11,121 nucleotides of DNA from an uncultured archaeon (GTDB lineage: Archaea; Iainarchaeota; Iainarchaeia; Iainarchaeales; CSSED10-239), in contig CAYXAY010000024.1 of NCBI GenBank assembly GCA_964463155.1, forward strand, positions 1-11,121. Reading direction: 5' to 3'. The notes under the pieces are model-generated. The model was not told the DNA's origin. It did not search any database and saw only the letters and a list, made by a program, of their open reading frames with translations. A program made the translations under genes and the position numbers. Position 1 is the stretch's first letter, and each line of letters begins with the position of its first letter. Positions 7,133 to 11,121 of the stretch are shown piece by piece.

Positions 7133-8851
7133 TTAGTTACTCTCCGGGCTACAACCTGGACTATCGTCTGGAGAAACTTGACTATAGCATATCCATTCTG
7201 GGGAATCAGGGTTTGCTGATGTCAAATTTTCAGCTGTTAAGTAACCTGTCGTTGTATTTACGGTCAATTGACTCCAATTGTTGTTTGGAGGGAAATAGAA
7301 AGGGGTGTATGTGTCATATATAAAGACGTGTATTCTAGTTTTTGTGTTTCCGTGATAAGTGTCTTTTATTTTGTATCTTGGGTCTGTTTCTTTAAACTCT
7401 AATTTTATTTCTGTGGAATGTAATTCTACGCAGCCAAGTGTGGCTGATTCTTGTGTATTATCGATTGTCACTTGTAGGTTGTAGTTTTCGTTGTAAAAGT
7501 CGTGGTTTTTAAACCAGATAAGCTCTGAAATATTTAGGGTGTCGTTCCAGAAAAGACCTAGGCCTCCAGCCACTGTTGGCATATTTTCTATTCTTGAAAA
7601 AATTTTTTGTTGATAAGTCGGAAGTGTATCCGTCATTGCTGTAACAAATCTTTTTGTTCTTTTCCGCTCAGTGATTGCTTTTATTTCTTTTATTTTTAGT
7701 TGTTGACTGCCATAGATTTTATTAGATTCTAAATCTAAACCGTTTCCGTAGGTTATTCTTTCGTTCTGTCTTTCATTCAAGGTGTAATTGAAATCAGAAA
7801 CATAAAGTGTCGTGAATTGTTCATTTAATGTTGGGGCATAAACATTATATGTTTGAGCTGGTGGTGTTTGAATGTTAGATAGAGTATCTGATTCTATTTG
7901 TTGGTCCGGGATTTCATGACATTGCTCGTCTAGAACTCCTGATACATTTGGAGTCTTAAAGAAGCTTGTTCTTGGAGCGCAGGTTCCTGGGTCGCAAAAG
8001 CCAAGCCTTGCTTGCTCAAAGATGTTGTGTTTTATAGGATTGAATAGTCCTTTGTCTTGTGGATGTTGGCCTGGAGAAGATGAACGTTCAGCGTTATTAT
8101 CACGAACGATGTTTCTTGCAACACGCAGGGCTTGAAAGCCACGCCATGGCATGTATATCTTGTAGATTTGCCTGCTTAGAACAGGTCTTTGAATCACTTG
8201 TTTTGTCTTATATTTAACAACCGTAACAACTGGCAACAACTCATAGTTTGCATCATCTAATTTTGTGGTATCAAGAGTCAAATAGAAAGAACCTATGCAG
8301 TTGTCTACAGTATTACAATCAACAACATCAACTTTTTCTCCGCCGTCCTTAAATATTCTTTCAACAAGAATGTCAAATTTGTTTTCATCATCGACGTCGA
8401 TCGGCCGGCCATAATTATCAATTCTGTAACCGGTATGCTCTTCTATTTTTATGTTATAACCTGGGGGGTACTGAGAATATTTTAAATTGAATAATAGGGC
8501 TTGTGCAAAATATGCAGCAAATTTTCTTTCAAAGAACTTTTCCTTTACAAAAGAATCCACAAACGCGCTCCAATTTTTGTCTATGTCTTGCCTGTTCAAA
8601 CGAAGTTCGTTGTTTGGTTTTGACTTATGTTCTTCCCAGGATGATCTTAAGTTTATTATGAAAGTGTTAAATGCATCTGCTCTTGCAATATCTGCAACAG
8701 TCATCAAATCAGACATTGAAGACTGGTCTTGAATCAATGACAAATAAGTTTCCTCTGTGTTAATCATGTTAAAGATTAGGGCCAGAGATATAGATACTAA
8801 TAACAAAGATATTAATGCTGTAAATAATGTAAAACCTTTTTGTGTTTTCAT
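7133..8851 (-). CDS. Large (572 aa) type IV pilin-like / minor-pseudopilin-like extracellular protein with a non-canonical prepilin signal
   Basis: The track ORF runs from ATG 8849-8851 to a TAA stop at 7133-7135. An in-frame TAG lies 7 codons upstream of the ATG, so this is the first possible start. The N-terminus is MKTQKG-FTLFTALISLLLVSISLALIFNMI. The remainder is polar with 8 cysteines, six of them in close pairs (VDCNTVDNC, FCDPGTC, WIC..SPGC), which fits an exported, disulfide-bonded protein. All 7 Trp codons are TGG. Confidence 0.85.
   Translation of the reverse strand: MKTQKGFTLFTALISLLLVSISLALIFNMINTEETYLSLIQDQSSMSDLMTVADIARADAFNTFIINLRSSWEEHKSKPNNELRLNRQDIDKNWSAFVDSFVKEKFFERKFAAYFAQALLFNLKYSQYPPGYNIKIEEHTGYRIDNYGRPIDVDDENKFDILVERIFKDGGEKVDVVDCNTVDNCIGSFYLTLDTTKLDDANYELLPVVTVVKYKTKQVIQRPVLSRQIYKIYMPWRGFQALRVARNIVRDNNAERSSSPGQHPQDKGLFNPIKHNIFEQARLGFCDPGTCAPRTSFFKTPNVSGVLDEQCHEIPDQQIESDTLSNIQTPPAQTYNVYAPTLNEQFTTLYVSDFNYTLNERQNERITYGNGLDLESNKIYGSQQLKIKEIKAITERKRTKRFVTAMTDTLPTYQQKIFSRIENMPTVAGGLGLFWNDTLNISELIWFKNHDFYNENYNLQVTIDNTQESATLGCVELHSTEIKLEFKETDPRYKIKDTYHGNTKTRIHVFIYDTYTPFYFPPNNNWSQLTVNTTTGYLTAENLTSANPDSPEWICYSQVSPDDSPGCSPESN
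8762..8851 (-). other. Class III (prepilin-type) signal peptide plus hydrophobic N-terminal helix; predicted cleavage after Gly6
   Basis: A short basic leader (MKTQK) is followed by Gly6 (codon 8834-8836), then F-T-L-F-T and about 22 hydrophobic residues. This matches the bacterial prepilin peptidase / N-methylation motif ([KR]-G-F-T-L-x-E) except that position +5 is Thr rather than Glu. Confidence 0.55.
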
Positions 8852-8883
8852 AAATATATCTAAATAAAAATACTAAGAAAAAG

Positions 8884-8891
8884 ATTTAAAA
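8884..8891 (-). promoter_or_regulatory. Candidate TATA-like element upstream of the 572-aa gene
   Basis: The minus strand reads TTTTAAAT at -40..-33 relative to ATG 8851, inside the 51-nt spacer 8852-8902. No Shine-Dalgarno-like purine run is present. Co-transcription with the upstream gene is equally possible. Confidence 0.2.
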
Positions 8892-8902
8892 GGAAATGTT
8901 AT

Positions 8903-11121
8903 TTATGCAACCCTTGGACCATGCTGTTCATAAAGTGCATAACCGTGTTTTGGAATTACAACTTGGCAAATTCTGTTTATGGAGATCTCGTGCGTAAATC
9001 TAGTATCTAATGGTTCTAAAAAAACATCGCTAGTAAATTGATGAATTATCATGTCTTGTCCATAGTTTTTCCCAACATACAATACTGCATGTGATGGCGT
9101 TACACAATCCGTTCCTTTGGTTATTCCTATAGTGATTATTGAACCAGGAATCAAATAGTTATCAAAATCATAAATTGAATCTGTTTGTGCATCCCAAACA
9201 ACTGTGTTGTTTTTACCTATCTCCCAGGCATCTCCATTAACATATTCAGTATGTACATAATGTTTTTCAGCCACCCTTTGTGCAAACGCTGAACAATAAT
9301 CTGGGTATAGTGAACCAATGTCTAAACATTGTGTTTGGGTGTTTTTTGGAAATCTACATCTGGTGTAGGCTTGTAATTTACTTTGCATTTCAGAAAACAT
9401 TTCTGTCTGAAGTGCATATAGTGAGTTTGTTTCGTATTCAGTTTTTTGTTTTATTTTTTCGTTGTTTGTTTGAGGTGTTGAAGATTGTAGAAGTTCTGTT
9501 TGGTGTTCAGCGGTTAGTATTTCTTTTATTTCCTTGTCTTCCTTGTAGTATATTTTGTTGTCTTCAGAGATTGATGGAATTTCTTTAATCATTTGCACAT
9601 TAATTTTATTATTATTATTATTAACAATAACTACTCTATACCAATTGCCTTTATCAAACTCAGAGGTTGGCAGGTTTTCAATATATGCTTGGTTATTGAA
9701 TTGACCTTCTTCAGCTAGTACATCTAGTGCTGATTTTCCCATTTTGTTTGCAAAATAAACGATTGCCATATCTAATAAAAAATTAGTACCTATCCTTGCT
9801 CTCTTGCCCCACTTAGTTGCGCCAATCTTTGAGAAATTAGTGCTTTTTACTTGCAAGTCATCCAGCTTTTTAGAAAGATCACCAGGTAAGTCATATGCTC
9901 CACTACTGTTAACGGGGGTGGATTTTAAGTTCTTAAGACCATCTAAAGAATCATCAACTAATTGTTTCTGATTAGTCAATTCATCTATTTGGGTTTGAAG
10001 TTTAGTTGATCTTGTGCTTTGTCTTACAGTTAACTTTCCATCAACTGATTTCTTTTGCGCAGTTAAGTTATCTATCTGTTTTTTATATTCTTTAGATAAT
10101 TTATCATAGCTATCAATTCTTCTAGTTAGATCTGCGTTTGTTATTGTTCTTGAAACAACTTGCGTGGATGAACCAAGATTCTGTGTTTTAAATACATTAT
10201 CAATCTCATCAATTGATAAATTTACTGTTGAATTCGCTTTAGCTATGTCATCTATCTGTGTTTTTAAGGCATCGTCTATTTGATATCCCGTAGCAGTTCT
10301 AGACTGTGCAAATTTTGTTTTTACTGTTTCAATCTCTGTTTTTGCAATTGCAATTTTTGTTTTTGCGTTTAATAAACCGCCATCTGTGGGTTTTAGTTTT
10401 AATGCTTCATCAATTGTATCTGCATGTGAGTTTAATGTTTTTAATGTTTCATCTGAGTTATTTATGAATGCTTGGGCAGCGTCATCAGAAACCTGATGGA
10501 TATTTGTTACTCCCTGATTATATTGCGTAAATCTGTTCAAAAATGTTGTACGATATGTTGAAGAATAATTTTTGTATGTTCCTCCATTTAATATATCTGC
10601 TAATTTTTGTTTTTCTGAACCGGTTAATTTTTCAAATGCGTGGTAATTTAGAGTATATGTAGCTGTTTGTCCATAAGCTCCTGTTGGAGGAGGTTTTGTT
10701 GTAGTTATTTTTCCAAATATAGCTCCTAAATCTGTAGCATCTGCTGGAGTTGGAGTAAATATCGCTCCATTTTTAGGAATAGCGGGATAAAGTCCTCTTG
10801 CAATTGCCTGATGATTAGTTACTAATTGACGTTTAAATCCAGCTAATTCTGCACCAGTTAATCCACCTGTGGATGTTGTGGTTACGCCAGTTAGTCCACT
10901 TACATGTTTTGTTGCGGTGTATGTGATTTCGTCCGTGTATGTCGGATTTGTTACGACGTCTGGAATTGTAATTTGTGTTGCACTTTTTGTTCTGGTCAAT
11001 TCTGTTGCTGCTGGTCCAATTATGCCCAGATTTGTAGGATCAAATATTTTTCCAACTAACTCTACTATAGGCCCTAACGCCGCACCCATTACTTCCCCTA
11101 TCCATTTTAGGAAAGGAATCT
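8903..11121 (-). CDS. Coiled-coil protein with C-terminal NlpC/P60-like (papain-fold Cys-His-His) cell-wall hydrolase domain; probably 5'-partial
   Basis: The ORF track gives 8903..11089 (728 aa), with a TAA stop at 8903-8905. The frame stays open from the first ATG (11087-11089) to the window edge (..IPFLKWIGEV-MGAALGPIVELVGKIF..). Those 32 nt are not extremely AT-rich like the two real intergenic spacers, so the true start probably lies beyond 11121. Residues ~205-415 (about 9845..10477) are helical and heptad-like, rich in Q/K/D/T, with a recurring QID[DEN] motif (KTQIDDIAK, KKQIDNLTAQ, QTQIDELTNQ). The C-terminal catalytic motifs are listed in the next feature. Confidence 0.85.
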   Translation of the reverse strand, partial: IPFLKWIGEVMGAALGPIVELVGKIFDPTNLGIIGPAATELTRTKSATQITIPDVVTNPTYTDEITYTATKHVSGLTGVTTTSTGGLTGAELAGFKRQLVTNHQAIARGLYPAIPKNGAIFTPTPADATDLGAIFGKITTTKPPPTGAYGQTATYTLNYHAFEKLTGSEKQKLADILNGGTYKNYSSTYRTTFLNRFTQYNQGVTNIHQVSDDAAQAFINNSDETLKTLNSHADTIDEALKLKPTDGGLLNAKTKIAIAKTEIETVKTKFAQSRTATGYQIDDALKTQIDDIAKANSTVNLSIDEIDNVFKTQNLGSSTQVVSRTITNADLTRRIDSYDKLSKEYKKQIDNLTAQKKSVDGKLTVRQSTRSTKLQTQIDELTNQKQLVDDSLDGLKNLKSTPVNSSGAYDLPGDLSKKLDDLQVKSTNFSKIGATKWGKRARIGTNFLLDMAIVYFANKMGKSALDVLAEEGQFNNQAYIENLPTSEFDKGNWYRVVIVNNNNNKINVQMIKEIPSISEDNKIYYKEDKEIKEILTAEHQTELLQSSTPQTNNEKIKQKTEYETNSLYALQTEMFSEMQSKLQAYTRCRFPKNTQTQCLDIGSLYPDYCSAFAQRVAEKHYVHTEYVNGDAWEIGKNNTVVWDAQTDSIYDFDNYLIPGSIITIGITKGTDCVTPSHAVLYVGKNYGQDMIIHQFTSDVFLEPLDTRFTHEISINRICQVVIPKHGYALYEQHGPRVA
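8906..9367 (-). other. NlpC/P60-like papain-fold hydrolase domain (candidate triad Cys599, His667, His683)
   Basis: The translated motifs are LYPDYC(599)SAFAQRV (Cys codon 9293-9295), LIPGSIITIG, then PSH(667)AVLYVGKNYGQDMIIH(683)QF (His codons 9089-9091 and 9041-9043). Their order and spacing (Cys, 68 aa, His, 16 aa, His) and the hydrophobic strand before the first His match canonical, non-permuted NlpC/P60 or CHAP-type peptidoglycan amidases and endopeptidases. This is motif recognition only. Confidence 0.6.

Noticed and set aside
181-9588. All 17 + strand ORFs in the track: 15 between 181 and 6888, plus 8487..8732 and 9280..9588
   Set aside because: Each lies antisense to a continuous minus-strand coding frame. 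Their translations are low-complexity L/F/V/C/I-rich strings. Several start at GTG or TTG (for example 1462, 4619, 6679). None has a plausible upstream signal. They are shadow ORFs produced by the codon bias of the opposite strand.
9608-9622. (ATT)5 trinucleotide run encoding Asn5 (VVIVNNNNNKINV) in the hydrolase gene
   Set aside because: It is short and in frame, and expected by chance in AT-rich coding DNA. It gives no evidence of a phase-variation switch, because slippage would not change the frame.
1-11121. Phage tail module reading: tape-measure protein with lysin domain, then a Dit-like protein, then a giant Tal or fibre
   Set aside because: The coiled-coil plus NlpC/P60 protein superficially resembles a tape-measure protein. 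However, the next two products begin with a prepilin-type signal and a classic signal-anchor helix respectively. Both mark them as membrane-inserted or exported cellular proteins rather than virion tail components. No capsid, terminase, portal or integrase genes are visible. The idea is worth re-testing once flanking sequence is available.
1-11121. Searched by eye for tRNA or rRNA genes, CRISPR repeat-spacer arrays, IS or transposon terminal inverted repeats, and integrase or transposase ORFs
   Set aside because: None were found. The only non-coding stretches are the 51-nt and 161-nt AT-rich spacers, which are too short and too AT-rich for structured RNA genes. The only nucleotide-level tandem repeat is the in-frame 27-mer at 2044-2110.

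Overview
AT-rich prokaryotic DNA (roughly one-third G+C by eye, not computed), almost entirely coding on the minus strand. There are three co-directional minus-strand genes. (1) 8903..11121 encodes a protein of at least 728 aa. Its frame is still open at the window edge, so it is probably 5'-partial. It has a long helical or coiled-coil middle and a C-terminal NlpC/P60-like Cys-His-His hydrolase domain. (2) 7133..8851 encodes a 572-aa cysteine-paired protein with a type IV prepilin-like N-terminus (MKTQKG|FTLFT) that lacks the canonical Glu5. (3) 1..6971 holds a giant gene that the supplied ORF track does not list. It starts at ATG 6971 and has a short acidic N-terminus and one signal-anchor helix. 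By hand translation, at least 2,323 in-frame codons then run off the window start, interrupted by a single in-frame TGA at 4581..4583. Under the strict standard code this locus splits into a complete 796-aa ORF (4581..6971) and an open continuation (1..4580). I read both as one gene. Its parts, in order:
- tandem carboxypeptidase-regulatory-like beta-sandwich repeats
- Cys-paired Ig-like modules
- a 79-residue Tyr/Gly/Gln/Asn/Phe/Pro low-complexity loop closed by two cysteines
- a 27-nt tandem repeat encoding a proline-rich hinge
- a globular region
- a Thr/Pro linker
- a possible beta-solenoid tail

All + strand track ORFs and the minus ORF 2858..3061 are antisense or out-of-frame shadows. 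I saw no rRNA, tRNA, CRISPR array, transposase or IS ends. Working hypothesis (inference only): the three genes form a cell-envelope attachment-and-breach module, combining a wall hydrolase on a coiled-coil stalk, an oversized pilin-like protein and a giant anchored adhesin. Such a module would suit a host-dependent organism such as a DPANN archaeon or CPR bacterium, but the window alone cannot decide the domain of life. All domain calls rest on motif recognition. No database search was possible.
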